A stretch of 64,000 nucleotides of DNA. It comes from the human T2T-CHM13v2.0 reference genome, Homo sapiens. The DNA is taken from assembly GCF_009914755.1 (NCBI RefSeq), contig NC_060930.1; one strand, 5' to 3'. Positions 39,693 through 53,680 of the stretch are shown here, in pieces (within the stretch, counting starts at the first letter, position 1; every line of letters begins with the position of its first letter). The notes under the pieces were generated by a model. It was given only the letters and a program-made list of their open reading frames with translations, was not told the DNA's origin and ran no database searches. The translations under genes were made by a program, and so were the position numbers.

Positions 39693-42519
39693 GAGTTGCT
39701 CTTGTTTGCCCAGTATGTCTTCAAGTATGTGATTTCTTCCAGCATTTACCAGTTTGAATCATCATCTCTCAGGTGCTGCTCTCTGATCAAGTTGAACATA
39801 TCATGTAATATACATATATTTTTCAAAGTGCCTGAGCATACCACAACTTTACATTACATAATCCTTTTTTCCCAAAGATCATTTATCTTCCTTTCCCTTA
39901 CTTCCCTTCCTCCTTTCCTTCCATCTATCCTTTCTTGTTTATCTACAGACAGAATTGCCACAAAGATGTCACTGTTAGCTATTTGGAGAAGCTATTAAAA
40001 CCATTTGCTAGGAGCAATTCCAGTGTGTGTCTGGTTAGCAACCAGGGCTTTCTCTGACAACTGGTAGAAGGGTCCAGTTGTGCATGTCTTAACCATTCAT
40101 AAACCATAGGTATTTTATTTTCACTAGTAAAACTGTGTGATAATTATTTCAAATAATGTTATTGTTAATGACTGATTTTTAAAACACTTCTCAGGAAAAT
40201 ATTACTTGGATTCACTTAGAAATTTATAAACATCTTTTCACTAAATGTAATATATCATACCAAGTTTTATGTCAACTTGTTTTTCCTCGCTATCTTTAAA
40301 AGTTAGTATAAATTTAGTAAGCTTCCTAATGTAAAATTTAATATACTTCCTGATTTCTAACAAAGCACAGTTTAGTTTTGTTTATGGTATTCTGGTGAAA
40401 AAATTATTGATAGTTTTAAAATTAGTGTACCTTATAAAGCAGCATAAATTATGTATTTTCTTTGTTCTGAGTTCTTAGAGCTCTTAGTGCTATTTCTTCC
40501 TGATTTTAGATTTGTAAATTTTGTTTGACTTTTTGATGTGTGGGCATTGAATTAGTTTCTCTTAGGAGAAGTTTCCAGATGAGTACTGCTTTTAGAAAAA
40601 GAAACATATATTTTTATTAATACCTGTTGGAACTTCTCTGGAAGGTTTTGGATTTGTTTTCTTTCTTCTGTCTACTACAAAAGTGATGAGACTAGCCTTA
40701 TCCTTTCATGGAGTGCTTTCATCAAAAAAATGTTTGTTGTTCTGTCCATGTACAACTTTGACTATTGATGGTTCTATTTATTAGAATTTAAACATATACT
40801 TTGTATGTTTGTAAGAATAGAAAGGTAAAAAAAAATCAAAAGGATATGCATCACTTTAATGTAACTCAACAGAAAAAATGCCATTGTTTATATTTCTGTT
40901 GATGCAAGATACTCCATTACTATTCACTGTTTTATAAACATACAGTTTATATTAATAATTGTGTACATAGTTGATAGATTTATAAAATCTCTAATTTTTA
41001 GAACATATGTTTCTTTCTATTCGATTCTAATTTCTCTTAACTATTTTCTTGCCCTACAATTTACAGTAACATAATGGGTACATGAGATTAGTTCTTCATA
41101 GTGTTTTTTTATCTCCTCAAATCCACTGAGTTTTATCTCATCCACCTGGGAGCTTACTACCATGGCCACCCCTGGATTTCACTGTCATTGAGAACAGCTT
41201 GACCTTTAAAACCCCCTACTGGCACCACAGATTCCCATCTTTTAGTTTGTTCCCTCCCACCATACCTGTGATCTACCCAAGCACCCTTGTTTTCTCTCCC
41301 TCCTGACTCCATGTTTTTCTTTAATCATTCTAAGCCCTATGATCTATCTCTAATTATTCATCTCCTGATACCCTCAGTGCCCCAGTGTCTTGTTGAGCTT
41401 CCTTACAAACCCTCAGACCCATTAATTCCCATTGGCATGTCCTATAACTATGGCACTGGGCACTGTTGAAAAAACAATCCTGTAACAGGTGGAAATATAC
41501 TATTATGGCATCCTTCCTTATGGGGCCCTCCGCATTTCCTGGCTGTCCTTCTACCAGTCCCAAGTCAGGTCCCCTCCCACTCCACTCAGCTGCCTTCACT
41601 GCTATATTAATTCTGTAATTGGTAAATATGCATTAATACTACATCCCAGATGTGTGCTAAGCTCTAGGGATATGATGTTGAAATAAAAACTCTACCCACA
41701 TAGTCTGCAAGAGAGTCAGACACTTATAAAGTAGCAACACTAATGATGATTTCATTACACTTGAATCAAGCAGTGAAAAACAAAATGTTGCCTGAGAATA
41801 GATTGAGATAGAGTCAGGCAGACTCTAACTTGGCTATGTGCAGGCTTTTCTTACTATTATTGCCTTACTTTTCCTTATTGTTTACTATATGTGGATTCCT
41901 GGGTTAATATTGTTGTTTCTTTCATTTCTTTTCAAAATTTATTTAAATGACATTATACTTTTTCAGTCATTTATATCTTGCTTTTATTTTTCAACATTAT
42001 GCCCGTGCAGTTCATCCATGTTGATACATGTTACTTTAGGCAGTTTGTTTTCCCTGCTGTATATATATTTTTTAATATTTCTATTTATTTATCTATGGTT
42101 GAGTCTGTACATATTTGGGCTACTTTCTATTTTTTGTTATTCTTTATAGAATTCTGATATGAGCAGGAAAGATGTGATAAAGATTGGTTAATTTTCAATA
42201 TACAGTTTAAAGTTACCTTCAGCCATTCACTGTAGCCTTCTTTATCTAACATAAGCATCACACATTACTAATAAATTAGCCCACTTTGAATGTTCTACCA
42301 TATTTAAAACAATAAGATAATGTCTTCATAGGTTTTCCTGATCTACTTTCTTTGGAAGAGGATTGAAAATAATTAAATGTCCAAAGTCAGAAAGACAGAA
42401 CTCAGACTGCCAGTCTGAATAATTTAAAAGCAAATGTTTTAAAATGATTCTTCTGCAGTTCATAAGAAGAACTGAAATAGTGTCAGCAATGCTACTAAAA
42501 ATCAACAAAGTCATGGTGA

Positions 42520-43530
42520 ATTACATGCTATCATATATAACATCTTTCAGTTCCAAATCACCCTTCAACACCTTCTGTTCCTTAGCAGACTGGATTTTAT
42601 GAGCATTTCTCCTTCACAGAAAGGCCGATGTTGAGCTTTCTCAGTAAAGAGCGCTGAAGGGCCATTGCAGGAGGAAGGGCCTCTCTTACTGTTTTCAGCT
42701 GCTGCCCCACTCATCAGTGGTGTAGGTGTAAGGACATCCAGTGTTGCTCTGCCCCAGCCACAGGCAAGGGAATGTGCAGTCCCTCAGTGACTTCACAGCC
42801 CCAGCCTGTTCCGGTGACCACTTTCCTGCAGCCCTCCCAACGAGGACACTACATGCTCCAGGTCTCCTGCCCACGGTGGACCGTGAACTCCTTCTGTGCA
42901 CCTGCTCATCGGTGGTGGCTCACTTGCCCCTGGGAAGGCTGCTTCCTGCTTGCCCAGCTGCTGTGGCTCTTCCAGCAGGCTGCAAACACACCTTTTCCAG
43001 TGAGGTCTTGTATTAGTCTGTTCTCACACTGCTATGAAGAAATACCCGAGGGTAATTTACAAAGGATAGAGGTTTAATTGACTCACAGTTCCATGTTGCT
43101 GGGGAGGTCTCAGGAAACTTACAATCATGGTGGAAGGCAAAGGAGAAGCAGGTACCTTCTTTACAGGGTGGCAGGACAGGAGTGGGTGCAAGTGGGGGAA
43201 TGCCAGATGCTTATAAAACCATCAGATCTCATGAGACTCACTCACTATCACAAGAACAGCATGTAGAAACCACCCCCATGATCCAATTACCTCCACCTGG
43301 TCCTGCCCTTGACATATGGGGATTATGGGGATTACAATTCAAGGTGAGATTTTGGGTGGGGACACAGCCAAACCATATCAGGTCTGAAGCCCATCTTTGG
43401 GGAGGACGTCCTTTTCCAAGTTTTGTTTTTTTGGGGTACTCTTCCTGAGCTCCAGGGTACCTTTTATACTTTATATTTCATTTAGGTTTCAGAGTTATCT
43501 AGCTCTTTAATGATATTTTTAGCAGTTAAA
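42520..43530 (+). mobile_element. LTR33/LTR41-like ERVL LTR interrupted by MSTA
   Basis: tcagttccaaatcacccttc..catttctcctt..; resumes after 43380 with ctgaagccc. Confidence 0.5.
43009..43380 (-). mobile_element. MSTA/THE1D-type solo LTR
   Basis: tgtattagtctgttctcacactgc..tcaggaaacttacaatcatgg..aaccatatca; TSD GGTCT. Confidence 0.88.
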
Positions 43531-45293
43531 TTATCTTCTGTTGAAGAAAATTGTTACCATGAATAAAAATTTAGTGGGACAAAATATTTTACAAAGTTAG
43601 AAAATTTACTGCACTTCAGAACATGATCAAAGATGCAACATCTTTTTTCCCCCAGTAATTGCTTATCACTATTATTGTGCTTAAATCTAAATGTCATATA
43701 CTTAGCAAAAGGAGATACTGCTAAGTTAGAGGTTAGGCACTTAAAAGCATATTCACCTTTGTAGCAGAGTGCATACTGGTTTCATAGTGTGCCTTTCTGC
43801 ATTAGTAGTTTACTAAGTGCTTTGTACATAGCAATCAATAATTATTTGTTAAAAAAATCAATGGTATATTTAATTCAGTGTTCAAAAAGTTCATGCTAAT
43901 ATTAACTATGTAAAAATCTTTAAGCTTGTAAGATTTTTGAGTAGCTCATAGAGTCAGCATCTGCTCCACCCGGGTAGCTGAGGAAGCTCAGTCAGAACAC
44001 CCTGGGGGGGAATTTTCTATCATAATTTGCAGATTAGAATGGAGTCTCTGGGGAGGTCCCTGCTGTGTGTTTATCCAGCAATTGAGGGAACATGGCGTGA
44101 CTGTACCCATTACTGTGTGAAGAATATCCAAATGCCTTCTTTAGACGGTTGTTGTTCTTGCTACTTATATATTAAAAGCAATTATGTGATATTGTAATGA
44201 ATTATGTTGACAAGCTTTCATTCCCAAAGCTGCTTATCTATGTACATTATTTCTGACTGGAAAACTTATGTTTTTTCCTGCCCGTTTGAATGAATTGCTT
44301 GCCACTGGTGACTTATGGCCTGTTTCATCGATTTTCAGTAATGAGATGGAGCAGTATGAGGTAAATATCTATGCACAAAAGCAGGGATTCTAAATCACAT
44401 TCTGCAAACCACACATTTGATGGTGCAGTTAGCCCATCTCCTCAAAAATGTTTGTGGTGAAGTTTCCTTGAAAAAGCTTGGGCTTAAAGCATGTCACTTA
44501 GATGACAGATTTAGAAAGAATTTCGGTCATTACAGTGAGAAGTCCTCTTTGGCTCAGTCAGGCTAACCCGCTCCAAGGGTAGGAGAGGATAATTCACCAG
44601 GCGGTGCATCTAATGGACATCGTCTCTGGATGAGGGAGGTAGAGAGAGCCTGTGGTTCTTTTAAATGCATTGATTTCTCTACGGAGTAGCATTCAAATAT
44701 GTAACTGATCATGGACTCCAGGTAAGTGATGATGGACTCCCCTGGTTGTAGAATTGCTACCGGGTGTTCAGATGTCTCAGGCAAGGAAAGCAGTGAAAAC
44801 AGAGGCAAAGGAAACCCTTGTGGGATTCACTCATCTGGTTTCATACTGAGTCACTGTCTCACGGGGATGAAGTACCGTTGGAGTTCACTCTTGATAACAG
44901 GGAGAAAGAATTATGCGCTGTTAAAAAGAAAGATGTCTGTGGAAAGCGGGGGATCCCTTGAAGATGGTGTTTTATAGAACTGCTATTTTATGGCTCTTAT
45001 ATCCTTTCCATGCATTATTTAACTTCTTTTAGTCTTTGCTGAACATGGATACTGCCTAGGTTGGTTTCCAGCAAGAACTGCATTGAAAGTTTGATGAACT
45101 GAAAACAAAATAACTTTTTATGCTATAAAGTACCTCATGATATGTGACTGTAGGTGAAATACAGGAAGGTCTCAAGCTCACACCATTTCTCTGAATGTGC
45201 TACTTTCATTTCTGCATATGACAAACTACTCTCTCTTTTATGTGTATATAACTATGTATGTTTTATATGTACATATCATATATATCATATATA

Positions 45294-45450
45294 TCTAGAT
45301 AGATATATATAGTCCCTACTTGTGCTCCCCTACTCGGGACTATAGTACCTATATAGTTGGTACTATATATTCGGTACTATATAGATACTATAGTCCCAAG
45401 TAGGGGAGAAGAAGTAGGGAGATCTACAGAGTAATATCTATCTATCTAGA
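45294..45450. repeat. Inverted repeat (35-bp arms) within a TA-rich tract
   Basis: 45313-45347 vs 45386-45420 are 32/35 complementary; outer 12-bp arms TCTAGATAGATA / TATCTATCTAGA. Confidence 0.9.
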
Positions 45451-46084
45451 CATATGTGACTTTTATAGAGAGATTTTATATGTAGATAGACTATTCCTCT
45501 CTGGATTACATATAAATTTATTAAATGTCACATAATACTTTATGTTCTCTAGTTAGAAAAGAGACCAGGTCGATTTTTCATTTCTTCCTTATCATTTCCC
45601 CTTTAATTAATGGTTTTATCCTCATATGGGGACTCTTCCAGGCCTTTCTTTATGACACCAATAAATCTCACTGCCTCTTTCCCATTTGTTCTCTCCACAG
45701 TTTTCCTTCATTCCATGATCCATGTCATTCCAGTTTCCATTGCTGCCCTTCTCAGCATTCCGTCTTCTTGTTTCTTCTGTCTGCTGTGCCTAAAATTAAC
45801 TTGAAAACATGAACCATCTTCAAGACAAATCTATGGTGTTCTTTACATTAATTTTATAAAAGTACACCATAATCAAAATGTGGAACACCTTGACTACCAG
45901 TCACTGGGGATATGGCCAAAGGTCAAGACAAATATACTCTGGCCTTTTAAAATTCATACAAATAATGATTCCATTTTTATTTAAAATGCTGCTTTTCTTA
46001 TTTGATTAATTCTTGTGTTTTGCCTGAGTTTAGTCAATTATGTAGAAATGTACAAATTAGCAACTAATTAAGGACATAACTTGA

Positions 46085-46405
<321 letters not shown>

Positions 46406-47426
46406 TAATTAAATTTAGTTGAGGATATTGAAGATGATGTAATGGGATGAAATAAAAGCAATTCTGGATAAATTATATATGTTTTAGGAATAAATGGTAG
46501 AAGTCTAATGAATTTGTCCTATATTACAAACAGGAGTGTAATAGTTTAGTGCATTCCAGAGAAGAAAAATAATAGACTATTACATTAATTTAATCAAAAC
46601 CAATTGTGCATTTCAAAAAAGATAAAGACATGAATGGAATTTGAGTATACTTCCATACTTGCGAAAATGAATTTAAAATCTAACATGACTCAGTAAATCA
46701 GCTATGATTTCCTGACAGGGAGAGTTGGGGAGGTGTAGAAAAAAGATGGAGAAGGAATTAAACAGTAGAGAAGATTTTAGAGAAATGAATACTGAGTGAC
46801 TCCAAAGTAATCCTGGGATTTTTGTTGTTGTTGTTCTGATCTATTCCTATTTATATTTCTTGGAGAGACATGATACATTTGACCACTTCATTTCAGCATG
46901 CAACGTAAAATAATAAGAGCAACTAGCCTGCTAAGAACCCAAAGCCAGATGGTGTATATGTGTGTCATGCTGAGTTGATGGTTTGGAAGTGCCAGCTCTG
47001 CAGAATGGCTGGAGTCGAATAATACTTCAAGGTAATCCTGCTTAAGATCCACTTGTGCATCTCCATATAACTTTTACATTTTTAACAGTTAAGTTAATGA
47101 ATTTTAAGTTGCAGTGGTCAGCAGGATTCATGTAGGCAACAGAAAAACACACATAAAATGTCTGTAATGGGATTTGTTAACTGTCAGTTCAAATCAAACT
47201 CTTATAAACTGACAGAAACCTCAAGTGTTTTAATAGTATTGGCAAACTGCTTCTTAAATAAGCAAATAGCCAAAAGTGAGTTTATGCTTCTTTCCTGAGA
47301 AGGATAGACTGTTTCATCATTTTTAGAGATTATCTTTTGAGGACTAACCAGTGTGAGTTAAAGAAATAGTAGCATAACCCAAACATGTCCTCTTTGTCTC
47401 CTTGTGTTTAGAAAATAGGAAAAAAT

Positions 47427-47745
<319 letters not shown>

Positions 47746-48342
47746 TCATTTTGTAGTACCTCCTTTCCCTGACCTCCACGTACACTCTTTGGGGAAGTCT
47801 TCTTAGCAGTTCAGGTGAGGTGGGGGCTGTACTATAGTCCCAAGTAGGGGAGAACCAGTAGGGAGGTCTACAAAGAGTGACAGGTAATAGTGAGGGGACT
47901 GCTGTGTTAGATGACACCATTGGGTAAGAAGATGAATCAACTGTAGAAAAGTATAAGACTTCATTTGTACATACTGTTAATTATATAAATCTGAGAAAGT
48001 GTTGCTTAGACTATTACATTTAGATTTGCAGAAATTATTTTGTTTTTTCGCTCTCCTAGAATTCGAGATTCTGTTTTTCCCTTTTTTTCATGTTAAGCTT
48101 CCTTCCTATTCCTATTTCTTTTCTTTTAAGTCTTTATAAAAGCAACTGTTTCACAAGAATTAGTAAATTACTTATTTATACAAAAAATTGTTGAGTAATT
48201 TAGTTAAATTAGTTTCTTTTTCCTCTATTTTGAAGGTCTGATATTAGGTACATCTATATTTAAGATCATTATTTCTTCCTGATTAATTGATTTTTTATCA
48301 TTATGAAATGTTCCTCTATTTTTGGTAATATTCCTTATGTAA

Positions 48343-48644
<302 letters not shown>

Positions 48645-48851
48645 TGATAGATACTTTAAAAAAAATTAAAGTTATCTTTTTATTGAGATGCTGGCTATCC
48701 TGAAGTTTGTGAAGTAGGAAAATCTAAGGTCTCACAAAGAAAAATATATCTCTACAGTGTTGCTGACTATGAAGGCTCAAAAGAGAAAAAAGTGTTCCCT
48801 ACTGTATGCTTAGCTTGCTCTGGAAACCTATTTAATAAAAAGAACTTTTGG

Positions 48852-49150
48852 GGCCAGGTGTGGTGGCTCACACCTGCAATCCCAGCACTTTGGGAGGCTG
48901 AGGCGGGTAGATCACGAGGTCAGGAGTTCGAAACCTGCCAGTCTGGTCAACGTGGTGAGACCCCATCTCTACTAAAAATACAAAAATTAGCTGGGTGTGG
49001 TGGTGCGTGCCTGTAATCCTAGCTACTGGGGAGGCTGAGACAGGAGAATCGATTTAACCCAGGGGGCAGAAGTTGCAGTGAACTGAGATCTCACAACTGC
49101 ACTCCAGCTTGGGAGACAGAGCAAGACTCTGTCTCAAGAAAAATAAAAGA
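48852..49150 (+). mobile_element. AluS
   Basis: Dimer with A-rich tail. Confidence 0.92.
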
Positions 49151-49152
49151 AG

Positions 49153-49388
49153 TTTTAAATTCAGGGGTACATGTGCAAATTTGTTACACAGGTAAATGTG
49201 CATCATTGGGGTTTGTTGTACAGATTGTTTCATCACCCAGGTATTAGCTTGGTACCCATTAGTTATTATTCCTAATCCTCTCCCTCTTCCCACCTCCACC
49301 CCTCAATAGACCCCACTGTGTGTTGTTCCCCTCTCTGTGTCCATGTGTTCTCATCATTTAGCTGTCTCAGTTATAAGTGAGAACATGC
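49153..49388 (-). mobile_element. L1PA-type 3' end
   Basis: ttcaggggtacatgtgca..ttcatcacccaggtatta..ataagtgagaacatg. Confidence 0.85.
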
Positions 49389-49727
49389 TGGAAACCTACT
49401 TTAATGTTAGTGTAGTTACTTCAGCCTTCTTATGGTTAGCATTTGCATTCATTTACTTTTAACCAACGTTACATTTATACTTACATGCTTTTTTTTGTTT
49501 TGGTTTGGTTTTTAAAATCCAGTCTGATAATCCCTGCCTTTGCATTGGAGAGCTTAAACCATTTATATTTAGTGTAATTACAGACATTGTTGGGTTAAGT
49601 CTGATATCCTATTTTAGTTTTCTTTTTGTTCCATTTATTCTTTCTTCCTTTCCCCCAATTTTTGACTTTCCTGAATTAATTTAATATTGCTAATATTTCA
49701 TTTTATTTCCACTATTGGCTTACTAGC

Positions 49728-50330
49728 TATGGGAGACAAAATTTTTTAAATGGCCCCCAGAGATGTTTCACACTAATGTCAGGAACCTGTGAATATGATG
49801 AGATATAATTCCTTTCATTGTGTTATGATATATGGCCTTAAGAAATGAACACTATCCAGGTGGGCTTGATTATATCACATGAGTCTTAAAGGCAGAGAGC
49901 TTTTTCAAGCCAATGAGAGATGAGGAAAGCAGAAAGGAAAGTCAGAGATCTGAAGCATAAGAAGGATTCAACATTCTCTTGCTGGCTTTGAAGATGGAAG
50001 GGACCATGTACAAGGACTGGAGAACAGACACAAGGAGCCGAGAGTGACCCTAGCCAACAGCCAATAAAGAAACACGAATCTTAGTCTCACAATGTCAAGG
50101 GACTGGATTCTACCAACCTGAATGAGCTTGGAAGTAGATCTTTTCTTTTGGCCTCCACGTAAGGGCCTAGCTTGGCCAACACATTAATTTTGGTGTTGTG
50201 GTACCCTAACCATAAAACCTAGAGTAACCTTCCTGGGCACCTGACCTACAAGCTGAGGAGTAATATATTGGTGGTGTTTTAGCTGCTAAGTTTGTGGTAA
50301 CTTGTTATGCAGCAATGGACAACTAATACA
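49728..50330 (+). mobile_element. MLT1E-like MaLR solo LTR
   Basis: atggcccccagagatg..gctggctttgaagatgga..aactaataca; TSD (c/t)tagc. Confidence 0.8.
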
Positions 50331-52529
50331 TTAGCTGATCCCCTCTATTCTTTTGATGGTTGCTCTGTGGTTTACAATATGCATATTTAACTTATCACAG
50401 TCTGCTGTCAACTAATATTATACAACTTTATGTGTAATGTAAGAACCTTACAACTATATACCTTCCATTCTTTCTTGTCCTTGGTGCTGTTGTTATTATA
50501 AATTTTACTTCTAAATATTCTTAAAACCTCACAAAATAGTTATATTTTTGCTGTAGTTAATTATCGTTAATAAATGTAGAAATTAGAAAAGTAAAAATCT
50601 TTTATATTTATTTTCATATCTATATTATCCACATCTATTTTTCAGCAATTGTCATTGATCTGTATAGATTTCCATATGTGATATCATTTCTTCATTCCTC
50701 TAATATATCCTTTAGTGAAAGTCTAATGATATTTAATTCTCTCAGTTTCTGTTTATCTGAAAAAGTCTTTCACCTTTGAGAGTTTTTTCTCCATTATAAG
50801 ACTTAAAAGATATTGTTTCATTGTTTCTTGGCTTGGATCGTTTTACACAAGAAATATGTGTTAATTCTTTTTGTTCTGTATGGTGATATGTTTTTTTTCC
50901 CTCCAGTGGCTTTAAAATTTCCATCTTTGTCAAAATTTTATGAAATTTGATTACACTGGGGATTGATACGGTTTTCTTTGTGTGTACTCCACTGTTGAGC
51001 TTCTTGGATCTGTGGGTTTATAGTTTTCAGAAAACTTCGAAAAACTTCAGCCATTATTTCTTCAGTTTTTTTTTTTCTACCTGACCTTTGGGTCTCCAAT
51101 ACACATATATTAGACTGCTTGATATTTTCTCACAGTTCACTTAGATTGTTAATATTTAAAGTCTTTCTTCTTTCAGTGATTAATTTTGGAAAGTTTCTTT
51201 TCATGTATTCATGTTTTCTATGTATTCAATTTTTAATCTTTTCTTTTTTGGTGTCTAATCTGCTATTATTTCCATACAGTGACTTTTTGATTTCAGATTT
51301 TTTTTAACTTTTGAATATTAACTTTGATTCTTTTTAATGTCTTATTTCTCTCGCTATTTTTATGTCTTCCTTTAACTTTTTGAACTGATTTAATTTAGTT
51401 ATTTAATGCACTTGTCTACCAATTCCAATATTTCTGTTATTTCTACATCTGTTTTTATTGAATGGCTTTTATTTTGGTTAAGGATATTTTTCTACTGCTT
51501 GACATGTTCAGTAATTTTTATTGGATGATGGACATTGTGCGCTATGTTGTTGAATGTCTGGAATTTGTTGTCTTCCTTTAAATAAAGTAGAATTTTGTTT
51601 TTAATAGGCATTTAAACTACTTGTAGATCAGCTTTTTTTTGTTTGTTTGAGGGCTATTTTTAAGTATTGTTTGGGTGGATCTATGTTAGCCTTTATTCCA
51701 GGGCTATGTTAGTGCCACTATTTAGGCATGAGACTTCTTGGGTCTCTACTGAATGCCTGTTGTAGACAATAAGGCCTCTTCTATGTGATTAGTCAGAACT
51801 GGAATACATCTCTATCCTGAATGAGCTTTGAGAATTGTTTAGCCTATTGCTTGTAGTAGGTAGACTTCTAAAATGACCCCCAAAGACATTCACCTTTGTG
51901 TATTCCCCTCCAATTGAGTTTGGGCAGGATGTGAATATGATTATTCTTGTAACTACATTACTTTATGTGGGAAAAAGGAAAATTTTCTAAGATGGGCTTG
52001 ATTTCATCTGGTAAGCCCTTTAAAAAGAGATTTATCTGACTGATTGCTGAGTAAAAAGTCCATTATCTGAAAAGCCTGGTTCATATATTTAGTCCAAATG
52101 TCTAGTTGTTTATGGTGTGAAGGCAAACCTGGTCCAGTTACTATATCATGGAGTTTTTAGGTGAACAGTTGTAGTGAATTAACTTGTCCTTGGAGGGTAT
52201 CGCAATAGCTTTAACCAGAACTTTCTTTCTTGGACTTATCCTCCATCATGTTTCCTTGCTTTCCAGGCTGCATAAAACAATTAAGTGGTCTCCAGGTATT
52301 TACACTTTATCAGTACCAAGGCAATATTCTACTTCCTCTGCCTATAAACAAAAATCCCACAGAAATTTTACATATAATGCAGTAACTAGGCTTTTTGAGC
52401 TTACCAAACCCTATTTTTTAGTCAATCTTTAAAACTAAGGGATATTGAATTAGAAGGGAAGGATTTGAAAGAGGCTAGCCAACTATATTTCAAAAGAATA
52501 AAAACCACTCTCTTTAAACTTTTAAGTTA

Positions 52530-53680
52530 TTTGAAAATATTTTACACCAGTGAAATATAGAGAGAATAATACAATCAATTTCAGTATGCCAAATAACCAA
52601 CTTAAGAAATAAAATATTATTTGTACAGTTGAAGCCCTGTGCAGATAATATTTCCTCCAATCTTATCCTTCTCTCTCTAGAGGTACCTTAATGCAATGTT
52701 ATTAATTCCCATGCATTTCTTCATGTATTACTTCATATCCCTGCATCCTTAAATTTATCTTTGCATTTTTTTTTGAAATTGATTTTAATTGTCAGAATTC
52801 TTTCCTGGTTTCCTTTTTTTTTTTTTTTTTGGTTTAACATTTTGTTGTGAAAATAAAATGTTTATATTGGTTTAGATTTCCATTGTATGAATATAACACC
52901 ATTATTTATCCAGTCAACTATTAAGAAACATAGTTATTTCAACTTTTTTGAAGCAATGAACACTCAAATTAACCTTTGGTAGATATGACTAGTACACATA
53001 TATGAGAGTTTCTGCAGGAAATGCCCTTTATAATTATATCACGAAATAAATAGAGTATATGCATCTTTAAGTTACTATAGATGGTCCACAACTCAGAATT
53101 TTTGACTTATTATATTTCGACTTTATGCTGGTGTGAAAGTGATCGCATTCAATAGAAACCATACTTTGAGTACTCATGAAGCCATTCTGTTTTTCATGTT
53201 CAGCACAATATTTAATAAGTTACATGATATTTTCAACATTTTATCATAAAACAGGCTTTGTGTTAGATGATTTCTCCCAACTGCAGGCTAATGTGTGTGT
53301 TCTGAGCACATTTTAGATAGGCTAAGCTAAGCTATGCTATTCTATAGGTCGGGTGTATTAAATGCATTTCCAACTTAAGATATTTTCAGTTTACTATGAG
53401 TTTATAGGGACGTAGCTGCATCATAAGTTGAGGAGCATCTGTAGATATTGTCAGTTGTTTTTCAAAGCGGTTGTCCAGATTTGCATTCCTACCATAAGCT
53501 TTCTGGTTGTTCTACATCTTTGTAACACTTGGTATTGTAAGAATTAAATTGTAAATAATTACACTGGTGAGAAATGCTACCTCATTGTGGTCTTAGTTTG
53601 CATTTCCCTGGTTGTTAGTTACCTTTTTATGTTTACTAGCCAGATTAGCTAGTAATGAAGAATAATGAAGATTATTCTCC
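52530..53680 (-). mobile_element. Old L1ME 3' region
   Basis: ccattgtatgaatata..tttgcattcctacca..gtttgcatttccctg. Confidence 0.65.
53078..53441 (-). mobile_element. MER47A (Tigger-family MITE)
   Basis: - strand begins CAGATGCTCCTCAACTTATGATG; TA on both flanks. Confidence 0.85.

Noticed and set aside
42640-42660. CTCF-like motif in the LTR33/41-like element (tcagtaaagagcgctg)
   Set aside because: Core G positions of the CAG.AG.GGGCGC pattern are replaced by A; too degraded to call.
45313-45420. Inverted repeat as a MITE or pre-miRNA
   Set aside because: No recognisable TIR family, and the arms match a nearby single-copy donor at 47830; no expression evidence is available from sequence alone.
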